Shown one piece after another: positions 44,495 through 55,278 of a DNA stretch of 64,000 nt. Position numbers and translations under genes: made by a program. The notes beneath the pieces are model-generated. The model was not told the DNA's origin and made no database searches. It saw only the letters and a list, made by a program, of their open reading frames with translations. The stretch is from NCBI GenBank assembly GCA_965240325.2, contig OZ251225.1, positions 248,001 through 312,000 of the forward strand, given 5' to 3'. The stretch is from Rebecca billardiae RCC1528. Its lineage: Eukaryota; Protista; Haptophyta. Position 1 is the stretch's first letter. Every line of letters begins with the position of its first letter.

Positions 44495-45976
44495 ATGTCG
44501 CAGGTGGAGATCAACGCGGACGCCATGCGCAGCGTGCTGGCCCACCTGCCGCCCTCCGGCATCAACGCGTGCCGCGCGGCGTGCTCGGCGTGGCACAAGC
44601 TCGGGTCTGAGGACTTCCTGTGGCGCGCGCTCGCGCACCGACACTTTTGGGCGAGTGCAGATGACGCGCCTGCGGAGCCCATCGCCCCCGAGCCGGCGCA
44701 GCCCTCTGAAGCTGGCGGCGCGCCGGTCGGCAGTGCGCTCGCGCCCTTCACCGCGCCCTCGTCCGGCACGCGCATCGAGGCGTCGTGGTGGCACGCCTTC
44801 TGGCGGTGGTCACAGCTCGCGCGCATCGCCGACGCCGACGGCGCGATGGATGCAGCGCTCTGGCTGCAGGTGGCGCGTGCGTGGGCGACGATCGAGCGGT
44901 GGCTGGCCGCGCACCTGCCCGAGATCGGCGCCACGCTCCGCCCGCCCGCCTCCGCGAGCGTGCTCCGCGCCACCGCCTCCCGCCCCCTGCGGTACATGCG
45001 GAGCGTGCACGACGGGCAGGACATCCCGCTCGACCGCTGCATCGCCACGCGCGACCAGCAGGGCGTGCGCGCGCACATCGGCGGGCTGTGGCTCGGGCTG
45101 TTCGGCGGGTACTCGGGGTACAGCCACGTCGTGTGCTCGCGCATGCACCCGCACGCGCTCGCCGTCGAGCTCCAGAGCCAGCACCCGCCGGGCATGTTCT
45201 CACGAGAGGAGGGCGCGCCGCCCGCGCCGGACGGGCCGCACGGGCTCGAGCTGCTCGCCACCTCCTTCCGGCAGGACCGCTCGTTCGCCGCGGACGCGGA
45301 GGGCGGCGTGTGGGTCGCGCGGGCGGGCACGTGGGAGCGCGCCGGGCCCTCCCTCGCCGGCTGGTTCGCGCACTACGCCGCCTCCCTCGAGGCGGGCACC
45401 TTCCGCGCCGACCTGCTCAAGCCGGACGAGCACGAGTCGCGCGGCATCTCGCTCTTCCCCGCCGTGGTCGACGGCGCGCGCTGCACGCGCGCGTTGACGA
45501 ACGGGATCGAGGTGCTCGCGTCGTCGCTCTTCATGCCGGAGCACCCGCAGGCGTTCGCGTACTCGATCCGCCTGCGCATGCTCGGCGACGCCGACGCCGA
45601 GGGCGCGGACGCGCACAGCGCGCAGCTGCACAGCCGCCACTGGACGGTCCGCGACGGCGCCGACCCGCCACGCACCGTGCGCGGCCTGGGCGTGATCGGC
45701 AAGTTCCCCGTGCTCCGGCCGGGCTTGCGGTATCGCGACGACGAGCAGGTGGACAGCCACGAGCGGGTGGGCTTCGCGCGCGCCGTGCCACCCGGCCGGG
45801 AGAAGAGCGGCTGGTTCATCTACCAGTCCTTCTCAGGGCCGATGACCTCCGCTGAGGGCGGCACGTTTGGCGGCGAACTCGAGTTTGTGCCGGGCACGGT
45901 CGCTCAGCCGCGCGGAGAGCCGTTCCGCGTGCAAGTGGCGCCGTTCGAGCTGAAGCGCGGCGAGTACGTGTACTGA
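44495..45976 (+). CDS. F-box + SMI1/KNR4 + ApaG protein (SKIP16/FBXO3-like)
   Basis: F-box region (SVLAHLPP...CRAACSAW...EDFLWR); SMI1 region (AWATIERWL...TLRPPAS...HDGQ; GLFGGYSGY); ApaG region (TNGIEVLASSLF, FAYSIRLR, QLHSRHW, GLGVIGKFPVL, FRVQVAPFEL). Confidence 0.92.
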   Translation: MSQVEINADAMRSVLAHLPPSGINACRAACSAWHKLGSEDFLWRALAHRHFWASADDAPAEPIAPEPAQPSEAGGAPVGSALAPFTAPSSGTRIEASWWHAFWRWSQLARIADADGAMDAALWLQVARAWATIERWLAAHLPEIGATLRPPASASVLRATASRPLRYMRSVHDGQDIPLDRCIATRDQQGVRAHIGGLWLGLFGGYSGYSHVVCSRMHPHALAVELQSQHPPGMFSREEGAPPAPDGPHGLELLATSFRQDRSFAADAEGGVWVARAGTWERAGPSLAGWFAHYAASLEAGTFRADLLKPDEHESRGISLFPAVVDGARCTRALTNGIEVLASSLFMPEHPQAFAYSIRLRMLGDADAEGADAHSAQLHSRHWTVRDGADPPRTVRGLGVIGKFPVLRPGLRYRDDEQVDSHERVGFARAVPPGREKSGWFIYQSFSGPMTSAEGGTFGGELEFVPGTVAQPRGEPFRVQVAPFELKRGEYVY

Positions 45977-46745
45977 CGTCGACCTCGCACGGCACGGGTA
46001 CGCGTCCCGCCGTCACGCTGGCGTCACGCCTCACGGCGAGAGCTGCCATTGTCACAGCAGGGCTGAGGCCTTGAGGGGTGATCAGGCGCCCGCACGAATA
46101 TCGTCCGAGGTCGTTCGTGATTTCTTGACTGCTGACACCCGCACGTGCACGCAGTGCATGTCCCGCCTGACCGGCTCTGCACAGGTGCTCATCAGCGTGG
46201 TCCTGGCAGTCGTCAAGAGTCTGTCTGTCTGACAAGAGTGTCTGATCCTGATTCTGAAGCAGCAGTGAGCATCAGCGGGCGCGGCTATATATGTCGTATA
46301 GTAGTCACAGTAGTATAGTAGACTACTTTGCAGCGACTCCACCGGCGTCTCTGACGCGACGAAGCCGATGAACCTAGGCTGCACTGCTCAGGCGTGCTCA
46401 GCTGCTGCTGGGAACGGTCTCCGAACGCACGCGGAACCGCGGAACGCCGCGGAACTACACCATCGGAACGCGGATTTCGCGACGCAGCATGCTTGACGAT
46501 ATCGAGCGATCACTCTTCGTCCTTGCGCACACGATTGGGCCGTGGGGCATTGGGGTGATCATGCTTGCAGCCGGCCTGTCTCCACCTCAGCCTCAGGGCA
46601 GAGCCTTGGGAGCGGGAGCCTGACTGCGGCTGACACCGCGCGAGTCACCGAGCCGTCGCCATCCGTGGCGAGCACATGCGGATGCAGCTCGGCAGCAGCG
46701 GCCTCCGCGGCGGCCAAGGACGCCCCCGCGTGGCGACGCGGCGTC

Positions 46746-48386
46746 TCACTTGGAGCGCTTGTAGATCTTCTTGAGGAAGATGTCGAACACCGACCATGGC
46801 ACCTGCTTGGTCGTGCCCTTGAGCTGCATGATGCGCTCGTACGATTCCTTCTCGTACTTCTCGTACAGCTCCGGCAGGCCGATCTGCTTGTACAGCTCCT
46901 TGACCTGCTTCTCCTCGGGCGAGTCCACCTTACACTTGCCGTACACGGTGTCAAGGAACTTCTTCTGCTCGGGCGAGCACAGCTCGTGGTACGCGTGCGC
47001 GAAGAGCCAGCCGCACTTCTTGTCCTGGATGTCCGTGCCGATCTTGCCAATCTGCTCGGGCGTGCCAAAGCAGTCGAGGTAGTCGTCCTGGGCCTGCGGG
47101 CGGCGCGAGGCGGGGCGGCCGTGTGGACGCGAGCGCGGGCGCGTCAGCCGCGGGCGCCGCGCGGCCCGAGCGTGCGTGCGCACCCACTGCGGCGCGGGGC
47201 GCGCCCGCCCCACCGCCCGCGCTCGTCACGCGGCGCGCGTGGGTGCTGCCGCAGCCGTGTGGCGCGCAGCCCTCTGGGTGCACGCGCCTGGAAGTAGATG
47301 CCCATGATCATCAGGATGTCGCGCGCCGCGTCGAACTCGGCCCTGCTCTGCACGCCGCAGACGATCATGCCCATCGCCACGGGCAGGTAGAACGAGTAGA
47401 ACGCCGTCTTGTACTTGACGATCAGCGTCCAGCGGTTGAGCGTGAAGTCGGGCAGGTCGAGGTTCATGCACAGCGTGTCGAGCAGCTGGCCGCACTCCGT
47501 CTGGAACGAGGTCTCGAGCATCAGGTCGACCAGCTGCGGGTAGTACGGCTCGTCGCCGAAGTGACGCTTCATGATCTGTGCGCGGGCGCAGCCGGCGCGG
47601 GCGCGGCGTTGCCCGCTCAGTGCTGCCGGGCGACGGCCGCAGGCCAGGGCAGGCGGCGCAGCACGGCCGCGCGGGCAGCGGCCGACGCGCGCACGCGCTC
47701 ACTTTGTACACGAGCATCTCGATCATGAAGGCGTCGTTGAGGGCGATCTTCTTGACGTGCGGCTGCAAGTACCAGCACTTCTGCCCGCGGCGGGTCTGCG
47801 AGTCGTCCATGAAGTCGTCCGCGACGAGCAGCCACGCCTGCAGCCACTCGACGCACCAGCCGAGCACAGCAAACTTGCACAGCATCTCGTTCGTGACGGG
47901 CTTGCCCGACGCCTTGAGCAGCTCCTTGCCACACTCGACGACCATGAGACCGCGGTTCATCTTGCCGCCGCACACGTTGTAGTCGAGCATGTCCTTCACC
48001 CACTTCACCTCCCCCGGCGGCAGCTCGTAGCCCCACGGCAGCTCCTGGATCACCTCGTTGATCAGCATAGTGTTCACCTTGGAGAACGAGCCCTTCGGGT
48101 CGTCCACGTCGTACGTCGGGTAGGCCTGCGCCGGGGTGCGCGACGGCTTGCCCGTGGGCCACTCAGTCGCTGGGCATCGCATCGACACCGGCTTGCTGCC
48201 CTCACGCCCGATCGTGAGCAGGAAGAGCACGACGACGGCGATGAACGCCACGAGCGCGTACACCGTGGGTGGGTCGAGCTTGGTGAACGCCGTGGTCAGC
48301 AGCGAGAGAGCTGCCGGGTCCTGTGCCACGAAACCCGCGAGCACCGCAGCCGCTCCGGCGAGGAAGAGGCTCGGGAGCGCCGACAT
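46746..48386 (-). CDS. FPPS: Farnesyl diphosphate synthase with N-terminal hydrophobic extension; exons 48386-47703, 47575-47288, 47093-46746
   Basis: Motifs GGKMNRG, FARM LVADDFMDDSQTRRGQKCWY, GQLLD, YKTAFYSFYLP, SARM YFQAQDDYLD and GKIGTDIQDKKC. Introns 47576-47702 (GT-AG) and 47094-47287 (GC-AG). Confidence 0.95.
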
Positions 48387-48590
48387 GATCCCGTTGGCGC
48401 CGACGAGAAGCCGATCCGATGAGATGCGCGCAGGCAGCGAGGACGACGCGAATTCTGCCGCCTCACACGCCTGCACTTTCATTTTCGTGTCACGTCCGGA
48501 CGTCATTCAACGATGGCGGCCGTGAATCCGTGAGTCCGGCTTGACTCCGCCCGCCCCGGCCGGAGCGCCGACGGTCTTGTCTGCCACGGC

Positions 48591-49551
48591 ATGCTGCGCT
48601 TCGGGCTCGGGCTCGGCGCGGGGTTCGCGGCGGGTTACTGCTTCCCCAAGATCAGCGCGCTCAGCGCGATCACGCAGCCTGTCGAGGATGCGCTCGCGTC
48701 AAACCTGCCCTTGCCAAAGCCCGAGCTGAAGCTGATGTGCGCGCCGCGCGCTGCCGGTCTCGCGCGTGTGATGCAGGCCGGTGGCCCGCCCCCTCACCTC
48801 CACGTCTCGATGGATAGGGCCCTAGTCGCGCGTGTGATGCCCGAGGAGGCCTTGTCGCGCTGCACCCTGACCGGCCATGCGCGTTGCGTCCGCCCGTGCT
48901 CACAGGTACTTTGACTTTGCTGGAGCGGCAGAAAAGATTCGGCTGGCGTGCGCCGTGGGGAAGGTGCCGTTCACTGACGTGCGCATCAAGTTCGATCAGT
49001 GGCCGTCGCTCAAGCCGTCTGCGAAGTTCGGGCAGATGCCGCTCCTCGAGGTGGACGGCGAGCAGTTCGCGCAGTCAACGGCGATCCTGACGTACGTGGG
49101 CAAGCTCGGCGGCCTGTACCCCTCGGACCCCAAGAAGGCGCTTGCCGTGGACGAGGTGGTCGGACTGCATGATGATGTCGCCGGCGCCCTCAGGCCGTCA
49201 TTCATGGTGATGCGAGATCCAAAGCTCTCGAAGAAGGAGGCGCAGAGGAAGCAGCTCGAGATGCGCAAGGACCTATGTGACACAAAGCTCCCGGAGCTCT
49301 TCAGCTACTACGAGAAGCTGCTGGACACGAACAACTCTGGTTGGTTTGTCGGCGACGCGCCGACAATCGCCGATGTGGCTGTCTTCTCCCAGCTCCGCTT
49401 CATCTCGTCGGGCGTGCTCGACGGCATTCCGAAGGGGTACGTCGAGAGTACATTCCCCAAGCTTAAGGCGTTTTGTGATCAGGCCGGTGATCTGCCCGAG
49501 GTCAAAAAGTGGTACGCAGATGCGAACTCTACATCAAAGATGACAAAGTAA
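48591..49551 (+). CDS. Glutathione S-transferase (sigma-like) with N-terminal extension; exons 48591-48736 and 48906-49551
   Basis: Splicing the GT-AG intron 48737-48905 gives KLMYFDFAGAAEKIRLA. Also FGQMPLLEVDG, QSTAILTYVGKLGGLYP and GWFVGDAPTIADV. Confidence 0.93.
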
Positions 49552-50741
49552 GTAAACCGCATGATGCTGCGCGCGCGCGGCTCCGGCTTCGGTCCACCCC
49601 CGCAGTCCGGTCACTGGAGCGTTACATCTTGACACTGCAATCGGCGGGATCGCCGCGCCTCTGATGATCTACGATAGCTCCTAGACCACCCCAGGCGGTC
49701 CCTTGGACGACCGTTACGGCGGCCCGAGATCGGACAGATCGGTCATTCGGTGGCATCAGCCACACCTCCAATGGGTTCAGATGACTCTATTTTCTATAAA
49801 TGAATACCCAGTCCGGGTACCATTTTCGCATATATGTATACAGGTGTCCGGAACGCTCCCGGATTGTGCTGAAATCTGCGAGTAAGGGACGGGTAATTAC
49901 ATAGTAAAAATAGATCGAGTCTGAACCTATTGGGAGGTGGTCGGATGCTGCGACATTTCTCGTTGAATGAAGTCGTCAAGAATAAGATCGGGGGTCGGAA
50001 CTCGGAAGGGACTCTGCGGCATGGTCCGCTTGGTTGACTTCGGCTCGGGGCCAAGACGTAACGGAGCTGGGGGGGGTGGACCGGAGCCGGAGCCGCGCCA
50101 TCTACTGCTAACTGCAATAATGATAGATCTGCATCTAACTATCACTTATCAGCGGCGTGAATTTGATCACGGACGATTATACCGCCGCTGCTTGCGCGAG
50201 CGGCGAGACATCGATCCCCTGGCGGGCCGACGGATGATCCGGCGGCCTGAGTGGCGCCATCCGCGCTCGGCGTGTAACTCGCCCTCGGCAATCGGCTGGC
50301 AGAGTTTTCACATTTTTGGCTGCTGAGACCTGAGTGCTGATCGATGACGATCATACGATGATGAATCTATATAGCTAGTCATATTCATGACCGCGTTCCG
50401 CGGTCCTTTTCCGTAGAACGAACGTAGTTCGGGGCCCGCGGTGGCGGTGCACCCTCCGTCGCACCCTCCGTCGCGATCGAGAGTGGGCCCGCCCGGCCGC
50501 GAGCCCGGCAGCGAGTAGACTCCAGCGGCGCGCCGCCGCCCGCCGCGCGGCCGGGCGGGCCCATCGCAGCCGCCGGCGAGGCGCCGATTGTGAACAGTCG
50601 AAGTCATGGCCGACTGACTATCGTCGGCACGCGCTGCTGCTGCGAGATCGTCGGCGTCGGCACGCGCTGCTGCTGCGAGGGCTGCTCGCTCGCCAGCTGA
50701 CCGAGGCACTCGAGCAAGCCAAGGTATGAGTGAGCACGCCT

Positions 50742-51837
50742 CGGATATCCCACTGCTGTCCTGTGCCATAGGACTGGGTCCTATGCCACAGGACAGCCAC
50801 AGGGACGACTCAGTAGACGACATTTTCTCATATTGCCGAATGGTACGACTGCACCTAGGGGTCGGTAGCAGTGTCGCCACCATCCGCCAGAGCGAGCTTG
50901 TTGTGATTTTCGACCACCACCGCATGTTTTGGGCTCCACGGATGGAGCGCGTGAAGCCGTTGCGGTCGTTGCCGCCTTGCAACTCCACGGCGGCAACGCC
51001 GACCGCCATGTGGCACTTGTAGATGACACCCAGCTTGATGCTCACACATCGTGGTTCACTGTGTTCGACCAGAGCCGTATGAGGTTCATCCCCAATGCGT
51101 TTTGGTCCTCGCCAAGCATGGCATTGTACGTCACGCCGGGGCTGCGCGCGCAAGCCGCTGCGGTCTCTCGCGTCGTCAGGTGGTTGCGATCGAGCATCGG
51201 CGCGCATGTAGAGCAAGCCTCGGAGGTAGCCGGAACATCTTGCCATGTCGCGTGCGTGAAAGGTATCGCACCTGTAGACACGCCATGCGTGTGCCGCAGT
51301 CGATTTACGCGACGCTCGACCCGCACGCTCTTGGATTCGTGGGCTCGTGGTCCACAAGGACGGCCGCCACCATCGTGGGAGGTCCGTGGCCGCACGCACG
51401 ATGGCGGTTGCCCTCTCTTCGCCCCGCCCCAGAATCGGTGTGCTACGGGCAGCAACGCGCCTGGCGGCGTGGGCGGCGGTGCGGGCAGCGGCACGGGCAT
51501 CCGGCGCGAGCACTCGCCTGCGCTGTCCGTGCCCAGGGTCGCCGCTCGGCTGCCAGGGGCGAGCAACTGACGCTGTCATGTGCTGGTTGTGGGGCCGTCC
51601 CTGGCGGGCCGGTTGTCTGCGCCACAACCGAGCGCGCGCGCGCGCGCGTACGCGCGCGCGCGCCCGATCGCTGCAGCAGTGGCGGCAGGCGGAGACGGTG
51701 TGTGCCAATAGCTGGTTGAGTTGTGTGTACGATATAGCCACGCCGATGATCGTACGCGCAGAACTGAGGCGCTGGCGCTCTGGTGATCTTGTCCTATGGC
51801 ATAGGACTGAGTCCTATCTGTTGCAGGGGGATATCCG
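50742..51837. mobile_element. Non-autonomous TIR element (~1.1 kb) with a 4-bp GCCT target-site duplication
   Basis: Left end cggatatcccactgc...ataggactgggtcctatgccacaggaca. Right end, reverse-complemented: cggatatccccctgc...ataggactcagtcctatgccataggaca. GCCT at 50738-50741 and 51838-51841. Confidence 0.8.
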
Positions 51838-52748
51838 GCCTCGTCGCAGCCAGCCAGGGCCTCCATGATTTTGTACAGCACCTCGCACGCGTCCTGCTGC
51901 TGCTGCCCAAACGCCGTTGTCCACCGACAGACCTCCGCGATCGCGTCGTGGAGCGGCTTGAGCAAGCTACGCGTCGGCCCCACCTCGCTGGGCCACTCGC
52001 AGTTGACATGCGCGAGCGCCAGCGAGCGCATGCTGGACACGATGGGGTTGGTGCACTGCTCCGCCGCGGCAGATGTGGCGAGCGAGACGATGGAAGGGCA
52101 CGCGAGCAGCGCGGCCAGCAGCGAGCCGAGGTAGCACGTGACGCCTAGGTTGAGCGTGCCCAGCAGGCTGAGCGAGCCGGCCGGGCGCCCCCGCTGCGGT
52201 TGTGCTTGCTCTGCAGCGGGCATTTCCCCGCCGAGCGCGGCGAGTGCCTCGAAGCGGCTGCCAGCTGTTGGGCCGGATGAGGAGGAGGGAGGGAGCTGGC
52301 CTGCTGGGCGCGTGGTGAAGTCGGTGATCAACCGCGCAGCGCCACCGCTGCCGAGTGCGCCCTCCGCCGCCAGCACCTTGCGGACCTGGCCAAGGAGCTG
52401 CTTGATCGCTTTTGTTGACACGCCGTACTCGCTCGCGGCGCCGGGGATGGTCTGCTTGTGCCTGGCGACGGAGATGGCGGCAGCGGTGCTCTGGAACGTG
52501 GTGTTGTTCACCCGCGTCACCGTCCTCGAGTCGAGCAGCGCGTTCAATACGCGGCGAACGTAGTCCTGGTCGGCGTCGCCGGTCGAGGTGCTGCTTGCCA
52601 TCGCCCCCCACGTGCGATCGGGCCCACCTCTGTTGTTTTGCGTCGGTGACGGGGCCGCGACGGCCGACGACTCGACGCTCGCGAGCATCTTCAATAATCT
52701 ATGATCATCATCAGGGTTACTACGTGAAGCGGTAGAATAGAATTTCAT
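51838..52748 (-). pseudogene. HTH + ubiquitin-specific protease (peptidase C19) N-terminal half, interrupted by the TIR element
   Basis: HTH-like segment AAAISVARHKQTIPGAASEYGVSTKAIKQLL; Cys box GTLNLGVTCYLGSLLAALLACP; QQQQDACEVLYKIMEAL. No His box is seen after removing the insertion. Confidence 0.65.
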
Positions 52749-53453
52749 TTACGAGCATTGATACGACGCGGTGCAACGTGAAGCGGTTTTTTTTAAGATA
52801 CGACGCGGTCTAATGACCCATTGTTCATACATGTACAGCATGAATGGGTCGTCATAAACGGCGGGCGGCTCATTTATGACCAGACCGGGCCCTGATGGGT
52901 GATTGATGATCAGAACCCGCAAAAGCTAGCGGCAGTCCAGCACACAAGTAATGAATTAATAACAAGCGCAGTCCAGCACACAAGCAATGAACTAATGGCC
53001 CGCGGTGCCGGCTGGCTATCTAGATACGTCGTCATCGCTCCTTGATGACCTTGCGGCAATCTCATTGGCTGGAAAAATCGCTTGTAACGGTTCGTTACGT
53101 TATGGATCCTAAAGGGCGTGAAGTTTTTTGGACGGGCGTCACTCCAATATGAACTTGTCGTGGGCGCGACCTTTGTCGCCGGATGGATACCTCTAGTGCG
53201 GTCTCAAAATTCGAAACTCGGTCTCCTCCAGCCCTGAAAATCGTCCCCCGTCCCTTTTTTCTTGATCAAAGATCTTTTTGAAACGTGGTTCGGGCCCGCT
53301 GGTGCGGGCTCCACGCTGCGCGCTCCGCCCTGCACCGCGGGCCATAAGCGACTGCTCATGAGTCTCATGTTGCCACATGCATTATTGCATATATCTAAGA
53401 GTCTGCTCGTCGTAGCAGTGATATGAACGTCATAATGCATCAGCCACTGAGAG

Positions 53454-55151
53454 TCAATCATCGTCCAACTCTTCCTGACGCCTCCACTCGCGCTCGAATG
53501 CCGAGCCGCGCACCAGGACGTAGAGCATGGGCACTCCGGGGACCACGACGCCTTTCATGCGGAGCACCTCGACCAGTGAGCGGCTGTGGTCGGGAACGAG
53601 CACGGGCTTCAGCTCGCGCCTGCCCGGCGCGAGGTAGATGTTCACAGCGGGGCACGTGTACTCACGCTGAGCGTCCCACGGTGCCGGCGGCCCGTCGGCC
53701 GGGAGCACCTCCGCGACGATGTCGCGGAGCGCGGTCGACTCGACCACGTCCTGCAGGAAGTCCATCTGCTGGTGCTGCGGGTACAGGAGGGCTATCGGCC
53801 AGTGGACCTCGTCGGCGTCCCGATCCCACCAGACGCGCGCGCCCGAGTGGGGGCCGAGCAGCTGCGCCTCGGTGGCCTCGTCGAGGAACGGGCCGAGCTC
53901 GATGCGCCGCGCGAGGATCGCCTCGCGCTGCTCCTGCTCGGCGCGCTTGCGCTGCTCCGCCGCGGCTTCGGCCGCGCGGCGCGCCGCGAGCGCACTCGCA
54001 ATAGTCTCGGCGAGGGCTTGCAGCTCGCGCGTCTCGTCGTCCTCGCCCGCTGGCGGGGCGCCGTGCTGCCCGCCGCGCAGGTCGAGTGCGAGCGCGCAGA
54101 GGCGCTCGGCCTGCGCGAGCTCGCCCAGCCTGTGCGCACAGAGGGCCCCACGCCTCGCCGCCTTGGCGTGCTTGGGCTCGAGCTCGAGGCACGCGCTGCA
54201 GTCGTTGAGCGCGTGTCGGAAGTTCTTGAGCGAGAGGTGCGCCGCGGCCCGGTTCGCCAGCAGGGCGGCGTTGAGCGCGGGCTCGTCCGCGCGCTCGCGC
54301 AGGCCGCTCGAGTACATCTCCACCGCCGCAGGCCAGTGCGCCTTCCCCTGCTTGAACTCGGCGTTGCCCTTGTCCTTCCAGCGCGCAGCGCGCTCGGAGG
54401 CGGTGCTCTTCAGCGACTCGAGCGAGGCCGCAAAGTCAGCGTCGAACCACAGCACGTCACGATTGGCCTCGGAGGGTGCCCCTGCGGCCGCTTCGGCCGC
54501 GCGCTCGTCGGCGCCCTCGTCGGCGCGCCCGCCGGGCCCGGCGGTGGACGCAGCGCCGAGGGTGATGGCGGACGCGGAGAAGTGCATCACCCGCGGCATG
54601 AACGCGCACGTCGCGTACACAGACTGCGTGTTCAGGCTGGCGAAGTAGGCGAAGTCGTCGTAGGACAGCTCGTCGGCGAAGTGCTCCTTGAACTCGCGCT
54701 CGACCAGCGCGCGAATACGCGAGGCGTCCGCGTCGCCCATCGAGAGTACTGCAGAGAGCACCTGCTCAAACTCGGTGCGCGAGAGCTTGCCGTCGCCGTC
54801 GAGATCGAACACGCGGAAGACGAAGGGTAGCGCGTGCTGCAGCGTGGGGCTTTGCAGCCAGGCGTAGCCTCGCATGAAGCGCGCAAAGTCCAGGCTGGCC
54901 GACGCACCACCGTCCATGATCACGCGGCAGACGGACGCGTGCACGAGCGGGTCGGAGACGCCGAGGTCGCGCACGATCGCGCGCAGGCCATCCTGGGGCA
55001 GGAGGCCGTCCACGACGCGCGTGAAGTGCGGCGGCTTTGAACCGCGCCAGAGCCCGTGCAGCTTCACGACCAGGTCGCGCGGGAAGCCCGTCTCATCCGC
55101 CACATCAGCCACGAGGGATGTGTCCACGCCCTCGTCGTCGTCCTCCGCCAT
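53454..55151 (-). CDS. EF-hand (calcineurin-B/NCS-like) + TPR + Cns1/TTC4 wheel-domain Hsp70/Hsp90 co-chaperone
   Basis: EF loop FRVFDLDGDGKLSRTEF. TPR motifs WKDKGNAEFKQG, LLANRAAAHLSLKNFRHALNDC and KAARRGA. Wheel-domain motifs VHWPIALLYPQHQQMDFLQD, PAPWDAQREY and VVPGVPMLYVL. Confidence 0.88.
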   Translation of the reverse strand: MAEDDDEGVDTSLVADVADETGFPRDLVVKLHGLWRGSKPPHFTRVVDGLLPQDGLRAIVRDLGVSDPLVHASVCRVIMDGGASASLDFARFMRGYAWLQSPTLQHALPFVFRVFDLDGDGKLSRTEFEQVLSAVLSMGDADASRIRALVEREFKEHFADELSYDDFAYFASLNTQSVYATCAFMPRVMHFSASAITLGAASTAGPGGRADEGADERAAEAAAGAPSEANRDVLWFDADFAASLESLKSTASERAARWKDKGNAEFKQGKAHWPAAVEMYSSGLRERADEPALNAALLANRAAAHLSLKNFRHALNDCSACLELEPKHAKAARRGALCAHRLGELAQAERLCALALDLRGGQHGAPPAGEDDETRELQALAETIASALAARRAAEAAAEQRKRAEQEQREAILARRIELGPFLDEATEAQLLGPHSGARVWWDRDADEVHWPIALLYPQHQQMDFLQDVVESTALRDIVAEVLPADGPPAPWDAQREYTCPAVNIYLAPGRRELKPVLVPDHSRSLVEVLRMKGVVVPGVPMLYVLVRGSAFEREWRRQEELDDD

Positions 55152-55278
55152 CGTTGATCCTGCGCTGGTCGAGCTTGGTTCGTGTCGCGTCGGCGCGGTC
55201 TCGACCGCTTTCACGAAGCGCTGGACATCGGTCTGGGCGTCGGCGCGCCGACCGCGACACTTTGGCTGGACGACAAGC

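Noticed and set aside
50308-51741. 477-aa minus-strand ORF
   Set aside because: It spans the TIR element boundary and has no recognisable domain; likely a chance ORF.
52932-52996. Short ~29-bp duplication gcagtccagcacacaag(t/c)aatgaa(t/c)taat
   Set aside because: Only two copies, with no supportable function.
49710-53091. 8-bp inverted match accgttac / gtaacggt as TIRs of a larger element
   Set aside because: Too short, does not extend cleanly, and no TSD is evident.
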